64,000 nucleotides of DNA from contig NC_087437.1 in assembly GCF_036321535.1 (NCBI RefSeq), forward strand, positions 15,316,001 through 15,380,000. The letters are read 5' to 3'. The position numbers and the translations under genes were made by a program. Shown piece after piece: positions 23,866 to 36,832 of the stretch (positions are counted from its first letter, which is position 1; every line of letters begins with the position of its first letter). The stretch comes from Camelus dromedarius. Lineage: Eukaryota. The notes beneath the pieces were generated by a model that was given only the letters and a program-made list of their open reading frames with translations, was not told the DNA's origin and searched no databases.

Positions 23866-25095
23866 AGTCCACCTCTTGTAAACTTGGCACCCATTCTCAT
23901 CTCCTGAAACTATACTTAATCTCTAAGTAAAACAATAATAAGATCATAACTCTGCCAGCATGATACAACTATCCTGTGTGCACCTGAAAACACGCTAATT
24001 TCTTCCCCAGAAGAGGAGGGAAAATCCTTGAGTGATGTTTATTCTTCTCCTGATATCATGCAACTTACATACTCTGATGTGAAATTAATAAACTGATATA
24101 AAGTCAATACATCTTATGTTACATGACGAAGGAATAAGAATGGAAAGAAATCAAAGATATTTGCTTAATATATGTGTATACTCAAACATTCATAACAAAA
24201 TAAATTTTTATTCATAATAAAGTGTGTTTGGGACAAATAGTTCCCAAATGGAAGAAATAAATATGACAAAATTTATTAAAATTACACTCCTTATTGCTAT
24301 AGCTGGTCACATGATTGTAGCTGGTAGTTATAACTACCTTTTTCTCCTACCCATTCTGTATTCCATTTGCCTTCAGTGAGCACCTCAGCTGGTTTTTGGT
24401 TCTTCATCTGGTAGGATGACCCAAACCTGCATTCCTAAACGGTCTGGCCATTACTAATCTTGCCTGGATTTGAGACAGGATGAAAGGGGGCTGAGCACAA
24501 CCACTGAAGGAGTGACACAGCAACTGAGGACAGGACAAACTGAATAGAACCAAGAGGGCGGAAGATTCAACTTCCAGTAGACCATGAGCCTCATGGCACA
24601 GCCACAGAGCCATGATAATTCCTAGGCTGACCATAAAGGTCCAAAAGTGGGCACGGCCCGATTCCTGTAAATCCCTGCCCCTTCCCCAAAGTGGTTGGAA
24701 TAATCCTCCTACTCACTAGCATATAAAAGTTACCCAGCCCATAAAACCTAAATCTACTACTTTTACTTTTAACCGAACACCCAACACCTCTCGGCTTCTC
24801 TCCCTCTCACCTTTTGAGACGGCCCACATTCTGTTTATGGAATATGTATCTCCTAAGCTGTTTTCCCTTCTGAGTGAGACAGACTCCACTCTGTCTATGG
24901 AGTGTGTTTCTCTCTAAATAGTCTTGCTTTCCCTTTACCATGCCTTGCTCTTGAATTCTTTCCTGAGCGAGGCAAAAACCTCTTCTCCAACAACAGATTG
25001 GATTGTCATAGTCATTGTCATTGACCCTAATCACAGAACATAGTAAACTAAGGGACATCCTAAGAGATCTCCTGTATTCTGAACATACTCTTCGT
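23866..25095 (-). mobile_element. ERVL internal 3' remnant (pol/dUTPase C-terminal region + PPT), interrupted by a MER41-like LTR
   Basis: Degenerate EEYVQNTGDLLG…VWV…KPAEVLTEGKWNTEWV…YQL, similar to the ERVL C-terminal region. A purine tract AAGAGGTGGAC abuts the LTR. Confidence 0.8.
24471..24995 (+). mobile_element. MER41-like ERV1 solo LTR
   Basis: TGAGACAGG…CAACA ends, perfect 4-bp TSD GATT (24467-24470 / 24996-24999), and a MER41-type block …gaataatcc…tagcatataaa and …cttgaattctttcctg. Confidence 0.8.
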
Positions 25096-25099
25096 TACT

Positions 25100-26680
25100 T
25101 GTCTTCTGGTTTCCATTGTTGCTTTTGAAAAGTCAGTTGTAACTCTTAACTGCCACTTTGACTCATTATCTGTCTTTCCTTTATGGCTATTTAAAGAGAT
25201 CTCTTCCAGTGGTGTTCCACAGTTTCACTAGGGTGTATGTAAATGTGGCTATCTTTGCATTTACTTTGCTTGAAATTTATTGAGATTCCTGGATCTGGTG
25301 TCTTTTAAAAATTCCAGGAAATTCTCAGCTCCATTTCCCTTATCATCCCTAGACAGTTCGATAGATAAATACCCATCTTTTTTTTCTGAACCCTTTGAGA
25401 ATAGGTTGGAGACATTATACCCCTTTACCCCTAAGCACTTCGTGGTGCATTTCCTAACAAGGACATTCTCTTTCATAAACATAGTACAATTTTCAAAATA
25501 CAGAATTTAACTCTGATTACAATACTATTTTCTAACCCATGGTCCATATTCAAATTTCATCAAGTGTCTCAAAGTCTTTGTAACTGTTTTTTCCTGCTCT
25601 GGGATCCAATCCAGATTCACACATTGCATTTTTCTCTCATGTCCTTTTAGTTTCCTTAATCTGAAAAGTTCCTCAACCTTTCTTTTGTCTGTTCTTGTAT
25701 TTTGTAGAATGTTACCCAACTGGTGTTGCCTGATGTTTCCTCATGATTAGATTCAGGTTTACACATTTTGGGCAAGAACATCACAGAAACCATATATTTT
25801 TCTCAATGCATTATATCAGAAGGCAAATGATGTTGGTTTGGCCCAAACTGATGTTATTAATCTTGATCACCTGATTACTGTGCTGTCTGATGCATTTCTT
25901 TTTGTAAAATTGCTGTTTTTCCCCTTGCAATTAGTAAGAAATTTGGGTAGAGATATTTTGAGATGATGTAAATCTCCGGTTCTTCATCAAACTTTTATCC
26001 ACTAGTTTGATCACCCGTTGATGATTTTCTAACTTTATTATTCGTTCCATATTCAGTTGGCATTCAACCAAAAGGGAGACCTTTCCTTTTTCTCCTATTT
26101 ATTTTTATAATTTATTTATATCTGTATGGATTCATGAATTCTTATTTTATTCAATGATTATAATCTCATACTATCATATATTTTCAGCCTCAAAATATAT
26201 TTGGGGATATTTGAGATTTGGCCAGTGGGAGCCCCTTCACTTGGTCCCTATGTCTTTTGGTATGTCTCTAGCATTGGTTGAGCATTTTCTTACTTTATGG
26301 GACAACAAAATATTCTTGTCTCCTCTTGTACTTTTCTGTCCCAGCTCTGAAATCAGCCCATTTCTCTTAGGAGCCCCAGTTCCTTTTAGGAGAGAGTGGT
26401 ATTCAGAGATCAAGATTTGGGAGCTCAAGTATACTTATTGCTACTGGGGTATAATTGGGTCTAGGCCCTCTGAGGAGACAGAGCAAGGAAATGTACATAT
26501 TTATGTATGTACATTCCTGTGTGTATATGTGCCCCCCCCCCCACGGATCTATGAAATCTATGACTTTTCGTCAACACCTCTGATTTCATTCTCACACCAT
26601 TTCTTCCTCATTCCCTGTTTGTGACTCCTTCCTCCGACAGACAGAAACCTGGCTCCCACCACCCTCGGTATATCTGCTTA
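25100..26680 (-). mobile_element. L1M (L1MC/ME-like) fragments
   Basis: ccctttacccctaagcacttcgtggtgcatttcctaacaaggacattctc and related L1MC 3' motifs in reverse. Confidence 0.7.
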
Positions 26681-27044
26681 TCTGTTCAGTCCTTCCACAG
26701 GTAAGCACACTCTTGGTCCTGCTTGCCAAAAGTTAGCCCCAGACACACCAATCTCCACCCCGACTCCCCACTCCCAGGCATGCCAGCCAGAGCTCTGCCT
26801 CCCTGGAGGGGAAGAAGGGAAGGCCAGTTAAAGGCTGGGCCCCTGGCCTGCCACCCCTCCCCTCTGAGGTACACTGGCCAGATGTCAGTCCTAATTCCCT
26901 TTTTATCTGTGTCTGTCATACTGTTCATTTCATCCTTTTCATTTTAAAAAAATGCTATAGATTTGATTTTAATTTACAGATTCTCAAACGGTCACTTTTC
27001 TACCACAGCCAGTTCTTGTTTTTTTTTTTTTAATAATAATAATA

Positions 27045-27290
27045 AAGTATCTAACATTCACTGAGCACTTATTATTGGCTACTTAATCAAGGTAAGTGTT
27101 TATACATGGATTATTTTATTTAATCTGCACAATAATCCTACCATATTGGGATTATTTAAATCCACACTTTATAGATTAGGAAATCGAGGCACATTCTTGG
27201 CCCAATTCCATCCATACATCTAGAAGGTGGTAGAGCTGGGAATCGATTTCAGGTAGTTTGATCAGGAGCCCAAGTGCATTCTGAAGCAAC
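27045..27290 (-). mobile_element. MIR
   Basis: taacattcactgagcactt…ttatagattaggaaatcgaggcac. Confidence 0.7.
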
Positions 27291-27464
27291 TGCTCACGTG
27301 CATTTAAACTCTGGTCTTTGTTCTCATTCTTTCCTCAGTCATCAGTCTTTCTTGTCAAGTTTGCTGCTCTCTCTTAGGTATTGGTTTTCCTCAGATACTT
27401 CCTGACTCTTGACTGCCTCCTCCTCCATGGGCTCCTGAACCCATGTTGGTCCTTGAGGATGCAG

Positions 27465-27567
27465 GTGTATGTATGTATGTATGTACGTGATGGAGGTACT
27501 GGGGATTGAACCCAGGACTTTGCACATGCTAAGCATGCACTCTACCACTAAGCTAAACCTTCCCCAC
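27465..27567 (-). mobile_element. tRNA-Ala-derived SINE (Vic-1-like)
   Basis: Reverse-complement SINE body; tail converted to (TATG)n. Confidence 0.88.
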
Positions 27568-27611
27568 TGAGCTCCACCCTTCCCCCTTTTTTAAAAGATT
27601 TTTTAAACATT

Positions 27612-27741
27612 TTTTTTCTGGAGGTGGGTAGGTTATTAGGTTTGTTTATTTGTTTATTTATTTAAATGGAGGTACTGGGGAATTAACCCAGGGCCCCGTG
27701 CATGCTAAACATGCACTCTACCACTAAGCCCTATGCTTCCC
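27612..27741 (-). mobile_element. tRNA-Ala-derived SINE (Vic-1-like)
   Basis: Reverse-complement SINE body with full tail. Confidence 0.88.
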
Positions 27742-29416
27742 AATAATGCATTCTTGAAAAATTTCTTCTTCTCCTGCCTCTCCTCCTCCTCTCCCCGCCC
27801 CTCCCACCTCCTCCTCCTCCCTCTCCTTCTTTGAATGATGCTGTTAGGTGTACCTGCTATGGATTCATCAGCCAAAGAAAGAAAAGTCATTTTTTCCCCT
27901 CCCTTTTTGAGAGGATCTTTAAGTTCCTGGTATTTTTAATGCCTAAGGTCAGCCTGGCTCACCTGAACCCCAGAAGAGATACCAGCCCTGTGTTATCAGG
28001 AGCTTGGTTACAGAAGCTAAATTGGATGAATTGGGAGTGGAGGTGGGGGCTGGGTTAGGACTTCCAGGGAATGAGGGATGTAACCAGTTGCTGAGAAAAC
28101 CTCACTGTGGCTGGAAATGGGGAGAGTCTCAGGTTTTGTGAGGAGGCTGGTTGTCTGTGGACACTGCCTGGTGGCTCTAGTTGCCACAGGGTCCCCGTAA
28201 CTGAGCCCTGTCTGTGATGATGGCCCTGGGAGGGCCATTTCAGAGTTCTCCCTGGAGCATCAGTGCTGGTCCAAATCTGCATGGCAGGAGTAACACTGAA
28301 AACCCTCCCACGGGTCTTCTATGACCAGAAGCTCATCTTTCCCCATTGTTCTGGACTAGACAAGCTTGGGCTTCTGGTGTGACCTGAGGAAAGGGGTAAG
28401 AGTCACCAAAAGTGACTGGTACAGGACTTTTTGCTGACCATTATGAGTGGGTCTCAGAGCAAGGTTTGACTGAGAAAAATAAAGCTGTATGTCATCCTTG
28501 CAGTTTGAGTCCTGCGGAGTAGTCCTTACCTGACAGGTGTGAGTTTTTTAGACCTGGTCTCATTCTACACAGATTCTGTCCTTTCTCCAAAGCCCATGGA
28601 GTTCCTTCCCTTACTCAGTAGGATCCCTTCTCTTCAGTGTCTGTCACCACCCAATTCTATCGGGAAATACATGAGACCCTGCAGGACTGGGGTTCCTCAT
28701 TCTCCCTGGAGAAAATATCATCTTTGTCGGTGGTCAGTTTGCACTACTTAAAACCCGTGCTTAACGCAATGTCTGCATTTCCTCCAGGTAAGTGCTTGTC
28801 CGAGGAAAGTCAGAGTTCCAAACTCTGTTCTATGATACAATGGCTCGATAAGAGGCTTACAGTTGCTCCACCAAACTTTATAAGTTTAGGAAACATGGCA
28901 TGCCAATGCCTGCTTTTGGAGAAGCAAAGGTACATTGCTTTGCTCGGAGAAGTCCTGGTAAACTTTACTCAATAACTTCCGTACTGATTAACTGCATGAT
29001 GCTTTCTCACAGTGCACCTAGTGGCATCACCAATTCTGTAGACCACGTTTGGGAAACTGGTATAGTGGAAGACGCACTGGGCTTAGATCGAAAGAAACTT
29101 TGTTCTAATCCACTGGGTCCCCTTGATGGGGTCACTGTGCTTCCTTGGAGCAACCTCTTGCAATTTGCAAAATGATATGCGCAGACTCGATTTTTTTATT
29201 CAGAACTGAAATTGAATCTGCCTTTTTATTTGACCACAGTTAGAAGATTGGGACCCATGGGAGGGTCTGAGAGTTTATCCAACAGTAAGGAGAAAACACT
29301 GAATAACAATGAGATAGATCTGGGCTCTGACCCCAACTCCCTGACCCTCTCCAGCTCTGTGACCCCAGGCAAGTTATAGGTCCTTTATAAATGGAGTCAA
29401 TAACACCAATTCTAAT

Positions 29417-29532
29417 ATATTTATTTGGGGGTGTGTGTGATTAGATTTATTTATTAATGGAGATACTGGGGATTGAACCCAGCACCTCAGGTAGGCTAAG
29501 CACGCGCTCTACTGCTGAGCTATACCTTCCTC
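29417..29532 (-). mobile_element. tRNA-Ala-derived SINE inserted in a MIR (~29315-29640)
   Basis: SINE body; flanks caataacacc / cagtaacacc resemble a TSD. Confidence 0.85.
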
Positions 29533-30419
29533 GCAGTAACACCCGTTCTGCAGCAGGGATTAGGAGAGGAGCACACGAGGCTGTGCATGCAAAGCACTCA
29601 ACCGGTTGCCTGGTCCATAGGAAACATGGCTGTGAAATCATCGTCCTAGTGATGATCCCACTGGAGGGAAGCTGGCGACACTCTTCGAGATTTAAACATA
29701 ATTGATTGGAACCCCACCTTTGCTTCTACTCAGGTTCACACACCCCTACAAAGATTGCCCTTGTGTTCCTAGGATCTGCAGGCTCTGATTTCGTCCTACT
29801 CAGAATCCCCAGTGTCACCAGGGGCACACTCCACCCCTGCTCTCAGTTGTCCGAGCAGATCCAGACAGAACCAAGCCCTTTCCTCCATTTGCAGGATCGT
29901 GGAGGGCAGTGTTTACGTAATAAACTTTATTAAAGATATGGGGTAAAAGGCAGTGGGGTTGAGGGCAGAATGAGAGGGGTTTTAGACCAGCACAGAATGG
30001 TCCAAGTCTTGAGACACCTCTGATCTTTATGTGAGTCTCTCTCCCACCGTGGCCCAATTCTCACCAGTCACCCACTGGCTAGATGGTACCCCCTCCAAGG
30101 CTTTCCCGTTCGAGATGTCCTCTAACTTCCCCAGATTTTGGCTTATTTCCTTTGTAGAGGAGTTTAACTGTCTCTCTGTTTTAGATTCTCAGTTGTTCAC
30201 CTTATGCATCCACCCAGGTGTTTTGTCAAACAAAGAGCCTTGTGCTCAGGAGGAATGCACGCCCTGGGGGGGAGATGCAGCTGCAGTCTGTTATGATCTT
30301 AAATATTAGCTTTCTGCCCTCTGTGCCACAATTATCATTATTACTGAAATACGCCTAGAGAGACAGGACAGTCAGACAAGCATGTCATGTGGTTCATTCT
30401 GGTGAAAATTTAGAGGATG

Positions 30420-31300
30420 GGCTAGAAGTGAAATGTAAGATCAGAGGCTGGGGAACCAGGCAGCAGGCCTTCCACATACACTAAGTGAGAGAGGGCTGGG
30501 CCTGAACAGAGCAGGACAGTGAGGATGGGACCAGGGGGCCTGATGCGAGAGATATTTATGGAATAAGATCTGTAGGCTTGATGATAGTGAGTAAGGTTGT
30601 GGGGAGGAAGCAGAGGCCAAGGATGAATCCCAAGGGTTTGCATTTGGGAACAGGTGATGGTGATGCCACTGTGGACAGAGGATAATATTAATGCTAACCT
30701 CCCTTACCATCCTTTCCTCCTGCTCCCACTAATGATCAGGGCCATTTATTGAGCACAGACAGCATGGCAAGGCACTCTGATGCGTGCTTGACACACATCG
30801 CGATTCATGAGATCATTTAATCCTATAAGGAATCCATTATCATCCCATTTTATTATTCAGTAGCATCCCATGAGAATGCAGTAACTTTCCCAAAGTTTCA
30901 CAGACAGCAAAAAGCACTTGGAACAATTTCAGGTTGTGACATAGTGATTTTGGTTTGGGACACGCCGAGTTAGAGGTTCCTGTGGAACGTCCTGGCAGAA
31001 ATGTCCCACCAGCAGATGGAAATGTCGGTCTGAGCTCAGCTGAAAAACTGAGCTAGAGATATGGCCATCCATCCAGAGGTGGCAGGAGAGGCCAGGGTGG
31101 TTAGTCTGGAATGAATCAGGGAAGCATGTGTAGAGCGAGGGGAAAAGAGAGGTGAGATGATGCTGAGTGCATCACCATAAGGGACCAGAGGGGAAGAGAA
31201 GCTACAGAAAAGGACTGAGCAGAGAGTGAGGAGAAGCAGCCGAGTGTAGTCCAGTAAAAGCTGTGTGTCACATCTGCGAAACACTGCCAGGGGAGCCAAG
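30420..31300 (-). mobile_element. L2 fragments with intervening MIR (~30740-30905)
   Basis: gaggccaaggatgaatcccaagggtttg…gagttagaggttcctgtggaacgtcc. Confidence 0.6.
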
Positions 31301-31384
31301 ATCTGAGGGATGCCCGACGCATCTGTCAACCAAGGGGGCTAGAGGGTGTGAGACGGAAGGACCTGGGAACAGTCTCCAAGAAGA

Positions 31385-31855
31385 GGACACGGACTTAGAG
31401 ATAAGTACCTAGAAAATCAAGCACAGCAGGAAAAGGACAATTATTAAATCCAAGGAAAATGAAAAGTTGTTCAAGAAAGCAAAGGCAATTAAAGTATACT
31501 TTGGGGCTCACCTGTGACTAGTATTTATACTATCAAAATAGCATAAATCCTAAATACTGATGGCAGGAGAGGGAGTTAGTATGTGTGAGAGTCTTTTAAA
31601 AAAGCTAAATCTTTTATCTCCCATACTTGGCAATCAGTAAATAATGCCTAAAAATCAAGAAGCCGCAATAAAATTGCATTCTTAGCACTATGGAGGAAAA
31701 TATTTTAAAACATGTTAAAGGAGTCAAGTGAGAATGGGAGTAGGGGCAGGACTGGGGACCAGAAGACTGTTTTTCTAATGTTGTAGGGAATTATTTGACT
31801 TTTACAATAATATGTATGTATAACTTTGATTTTAAAAAATTAAGTTAAAAGATTG
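31385..31855 (+). mobile_element. HAL1-like 3' fragment
   Basis: gacaattattaaatccaaggaaaatgaaaagttg…gtatgtataactttgattttaaaaaatt. Confidence 0.55.
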
Positions 31856-32186
31856 AAAGGGGATACCATCATTTGGAACATGAGGAAGAGGATTCTGCCC
31901 GCCCCGTGGACTGAGCAGCCTGGTAGACCTCATTCCAACTACGTTAACTCAGGAAAAACCCACGTAGCTCACGAGACAGGCTAAAACATGAAGTCTTCAT
32001 TTGTGGCAGACTAACGGCTGAGACATCAAATAGCAGGTTCACGCCCTGTAACCACCACAACAAGCCTGCGAGCAACGAGCATGGCGGACGCCTTAGCTTA
32101 TCATTTCAAAGAGGTACTATTCTCTAGTGGATGGAGACAAAACAGTCTGGAAAGTTTGTATAAACTCGGAGAACTGGTTTTCCCCG

Positions 32187-32188
<2 letters not shown>

Positions 32189-32226
<38 letters not shown>
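32189..32226. repeat. (TG)n microsatellite
   Basis: Direct inspection. Confidence 0.95.
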
Positions 32227-32228
<2 letters not shown>

Positions 32229-32987
32229 ATATTTCTTCCACCTCCATAAAAAGAGCTTTGTGCTGGAGGAGGAAGGAGACGGGAGACAGAGCTATGGAGG
32301 AAGAGCAAGGGAGATAAGCGATGGAACTGTTTTCCTCACAGCGGGATTCTGATGTGGGGAGGGTGGGAGGGGGGAAGAAGCATTGCCCTGGGGACCACAG
32401 AGAAGGAAAGGCTTGTGGGCTCAGTGTCCAAGGTGCAGTTGCCCAGATGGTTCTTGCACTGAGGGAAGCAGCACATTTAGATGTGAATGGACCCCAGTGT
32501 TTTGCAGGCCCAAGAGTGGCGTGGAGGCTTCTGTGAGCTCGTAGTGAGATACAAGCTGGCCTGGCTGGGATGAGCTTGGCCTGTCCCAGGAGGTAGAGAG
32601 ACAGGCCTGACCCTTAGCACTGATGGAAGGGTGAGGTGGGGCTTCGTGGGATGGGACAGGATGTGCCACTGACCACAGCTGTCACACCATCATTTCTGAG
32701 AGAACACCAGAGACCACAGGACATTAGTAGCTGACAACAGCCTGGGTCCCGGAAACATAGGAGACCGAAAAAGGGATGTTTCTCCCTCTGCATGGTGAGT
32801 GATGAGAGAAGGTCTCAGATTATGCTGGACCAGGCAGCAGTGAAGAGGAAGAGAAAATAATCTCTGAGCTCCAACTGGATAATCATCCCAAATTTGGCTG
32901 AGCAGTCCTGGACTAGGACGCATCCACCAGGATCAGCTTGTCCCTCAGAGGCCAGGCCAGAGTCACAGCATCAAAATAAGGCCAGTT

Positions 32988-33455
32988 TGCATAAAAAAGA
33001 ACAAAATATCACCATTTGCATCAACATAGATGGACATGGAGATCGTCATTGTAAGTGAAGTAAGCCAGAAAGAGAAAGAAAAATACCGTATAATATCACT
33101 CATATGTGGAATCTAAAAAAAAAAAAAATGAACTTAATGAACTTATTTACAAAACAGGAACAGACTCACAGACATAGAAAACAAACTTATGGTTACCAGG
33201 GGGAAAGGGGATAGGAAGGGATAAATTGGGAATTCGAGATTTGCGATTACCAGCTACTATATATAAAATAAATAAACAACAAATTTTCTCTGTATAGCAC
33301 AGGGAATTATATTTAATATCTTGTAGTAACTTATAATGAAAAAGAATATGAAAAAGAACATATGTATGTATATGTATGATTGAAACATTATGCTGAACAC
33401 CAGAAATTGACACATTGTAAACTGACTATATTTCAATTAAAAAATGAAGAAAAAA
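32988..33455 (+). mobile_element. Lineage L1 3'UTR fragment
   Basis: Same family as 10230-10667. TSD AAAATAAG(GC/AA)CAGTT at 32973-32987 / 33456-33470. Confidence 0.9.
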
Positions 33456-33614
33456 AAAATAAGAACAGTTCAAGGAATTAATAAGGTTCTATTTTACACA
33501 ACTGAGTTTTGTGAATGGCCATAACTGGCTATTATTTTCATTATGCTGTTAATATCCTTTGACTCGAGAGGCCACAGAGGCCCGAACTCCTAGCTGTCCT
33601 AACAGTTTAAGAGC

Positions 33615-33810
33615 TGTTGTTTATTACGAGCATATTAAGGGCCAAGTGCTTTACCCCCAAACCTCATTTAATCCTCATAGATCCAAGTGATGTAGCCCCC
33701 CTTTTTGCAGGGAGAGAAGCTGGGATTTAAACAGGTGGTGTAACTTGACCAAAGCCGGCGGTAAATGGCAAAGCTCGAATTCAGGCTCTGTCTGTGCTGA
33801 TTCCAAAGCT
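33615..33810 (-). mobile_element. MIR
   Basis: ctcatttaatcctcata…ttttgcagggagagaagctggg…taacttgaccaaag. Confidence 0.7.
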
Positions 33811-34474
33811 AGAGCTGATGCTGAAGAATGACGTGTCCCAACTGGGCTTAGCCACAGAGCCTGGTTTCTAGAGAGCAGCCTGTGTCTGGACATCAGTGAG
33901 GAAGCAGACACGTCCACTTCTGGGGGTCTGCCAGCCCTCCGGAAAAGTGTTGATGGGGCACGAATGATGGCCCGTGGTGTGGAAGGGCCGCCAGGTGGAA
34001 GCCCTGATGTGAGGTTTGGTGCTCCAGCCTGTTAATAGTAGCAGAGGCAAGTACAGAACAAGAACCCTGAAAGTCTTCAAGCTCGAGTTCTGCTCTTGCC
34101 TAAAGTGATTTTGAAATAATTGAGGAATTTCCTAACTTTGGAATGCACTCAGTACATTTCTGTGAGGTGAGGTGTTCAGTTCACTTTCTTTCAACTTGAG
34201 CCAAAGAGCTGTCAACTTGGATCACGAAAAGATCGTAACATTCAAAGCTCTCTGTTCTGGCAAGATTCATCAAGCCCTCTGCATTTCCCTATTAAATTTT
34301 TCCACATCTCTCCTCTCTCTTTCTCAGGTCGGGTCCCCGCAGTGGCTTACACCTTCATCACGTCCAGCCCACGCTCCAGCAATAGCTTCATCCATTCAGC
34401 AGGCGTGGACTGAACATTGCCCCGGGTCAGGCAGCAGGCTCAGTGCTGGGGACCAGAGATGGAGAAAATGTGGT

Positions 34475-34819
34475 TCCTAAAGTACTATGTGCAGAATCGA
34501 TAAACAACAAGGTCCCACTGTAGAGCACAGGGAACTACATTCAATACCTTGTAATAGCCCATAATGAAAAAGAATATGAAAAGAAATATTTATATGTATA
34601 ACTGAATCACTGTGCTGTACAGGAGAAATTAACACAACATTGTAAATCAAAAAAATAAAATAGGAGGGTGGCTATAGCTCAGTGGTAGAAAACATGATTA
34701 GCATGCACAAGGTCCTGGGTTCAATCTCCAGTACCTCTGTTTAAAAAAAAAAAAGGAAACAGAAAAATAAAATAAAATAATAAATATATTTCTTATATAA
34801 TCAGTTGTTCCAGAAAAAA
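34475..34819 (+). mobile_element. L1 tail with nested SINE (34663-34755) inside an L2 remnant
   Basis: Outer TSD AAAATGTGGT at 34465-34474 / 34820-34829; SINE body ggagggtggctatagctcagtggtag…. Confidence 0.85.
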
Positions 34820-34869
34820 AAAATGTGGTCTCTGTCCTCAAGGAGCTCCCAGGCCCCCCTTTCACACTA

Positions 34870-35266
34870 GTAATAGAACTACTAGGCTGTCCAGCTGGGC
34901 TACATTTCCCCACCTCCCTGGGGCTTAGGTGAGGCCATATGACCGAGTTCTTGACAAAGGTACATGAGGGAAGTGATGTGTGCCTCTTCCAGGTCCAGGG
35001 CATCAGGCTCGCCCCCTCCACTTCTCTTCCCTCTTTCAGACTGGCTGGGTCTGGTGGTGACCAAGTTGCCAGCGTACAATTAATGACATTGACTGGGGGG
35101 ATAGCAGAGCAATGACTTAGGACTTGGGTCCTTGAATGATCATAAGGAACAGGTCTCACCTTATAACTGTTACATAGGAGAGAAAAATAAACATCCACAT
35201 AATTTAAGCCACCATATTTTGGGAGGTTTTTTTAAATAGACATTTACCTTTACTCTAACCATAACA
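34870..35266 (+). mobile_element. MLT1 (MaLR) LTR
   Basis: ctacatttcccc…ggccatatgaccgagttct…gaagtgatgtgtgcc…ttaagccac…aaca. Confidence 0.75.
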
Positions 35267-35756
35267 AGAATTTTTTTTTTTTTTTTAAGAGTAGCCCAAA
35301 CTATTCCTGGTGCTACGAAAAAGGTGTGAACGTCAGTTCGGGTCGGGTAGAAAGTAGGAAAATGGAGGAAAGAGAAGGAGGCTGCCCAGTAGAGGGCGCC
35401 CTTGCATTGCCTCCTGAAAGATGAGTGTTCTCAGAAAAGTCGACTCACACGTCTCATCTACTCTTTGTTCTTCTGCTTTGCTGTTTTTGTCCAGGTTACT
35501 TCTTTCAGATATAGTCTCTCTCATCCCTATTCTCCACCCAGGTTTCAAGACTCACATTCAATCTCATTTTCTCCGAGGAAGACTTTCTTGACCTGTTCCC
35601 CAGGAGCGATATCTCCGTCCTCCAAAGTCCTATGACATTTGGTCTTTAATAATTATGTCTATCTCTACCTGCATCTAGCCCTTTTTGGTAGCCTCCCCAC
35701 CACCTGGCACACTGCCTAGACTTGTTCTGGGTTCCCTAAGGGTCTCAGTATACCCT

Positions 35757-36286
35757 ACAGGTCAATTGCTTTTGTAACACATTTGCCTAAAAACTTAGTG
35801 TATTAAGATAACAATTTATTTTTATTTTTCACAGTTCTGGGGTTTGGCTGGGCTCAGCTGGATGGTTCTCACTTAAGACCTTGAATGCTGTTGCATTCAG
35901 ATAACAACCAGGGCTAAAGTCAGCTGAAGGCTTGACTCGGTGTGTGTTGTTCAGGATGGTTCACTTCTGTAACTAGCAGTTGATGCTACTGTCAGCTGGG
36001 AGCTCAGCAGGTCCTGGTAAGCAGAGAGCCTACATTTGGCCTCTCCATGTGACTTGGGCTCTCTCATAATTATAGCTGGATTCCAAGAACGAATACCCAA
36101 GAAGATCGTGCAAGAGCCTTGTGACTTAGCCTCAAAAGACCCAGAGTATCACTTCCACCACATTCTTTTGGTCAAGCAAGTCACTCAAGCCAGACCAGGC
36201 AGGGGAATTAGACTCCACATCTTGATGTGAGGAGCAGCAGGTGCAGCAGGAATTAATGACAGCCATCTTTGGAGACTATCTCACAC
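35757..36286 (-). mobile_element. MLT1 (MaLR) LTR
   Basis: aaaacttagtg…cacagttctggggtttggctgggctcagctgg…cagccatctttggagactatctcaca. Confidence 0.78.
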
Positions 36287-36832
36287 CTTGTAAGCATGGG
36301 ATCCGGAGTGATGGTCGCTCCCCAGTCAAAACAAGTGACCATCCTGCATTTCTTCATTTACAGTTCAGAGCCTCAGGGAGATGGTGCTTCCCCTCCCCTC
36401 TGAGTCAATGAGAAGGAGTCCGTGTGATTCTGGCATTAACCTGGAAATGGGAGAGACTTTCAAATGCCAAGCCGCCCACAAAATCTGGATGGCTCAGTGC
36501 TGTGAGCTGAGAGGTTGCCAGGAGAAAATGGAAGAAATCATGGAGAGCAAATGTCCCTGGGGAATCAGGGATAAAGTGTCTGTTCATCTGTGTTTCTTCT
36601 GAAAGTCACTCATCACCCACCCTTGCCCACTAACATGGGGGTTAAGGACAAGGACTGGAGCAGAGCTAAAACTGGGAAGGGCTGTGTGAGGTTAAACTTG
36701 AAGGAAGGTTTTTTCTTATCCTAAGGGGCTCAGCCCCTTACCCACCCGTTTGAGTCGAGTTTAGGCCTTTGGCTAAAGGAGGAGGGGACCATTCCCCACA
36801 ACCCACCATCAGCCACATGGACCTCTGAACTC

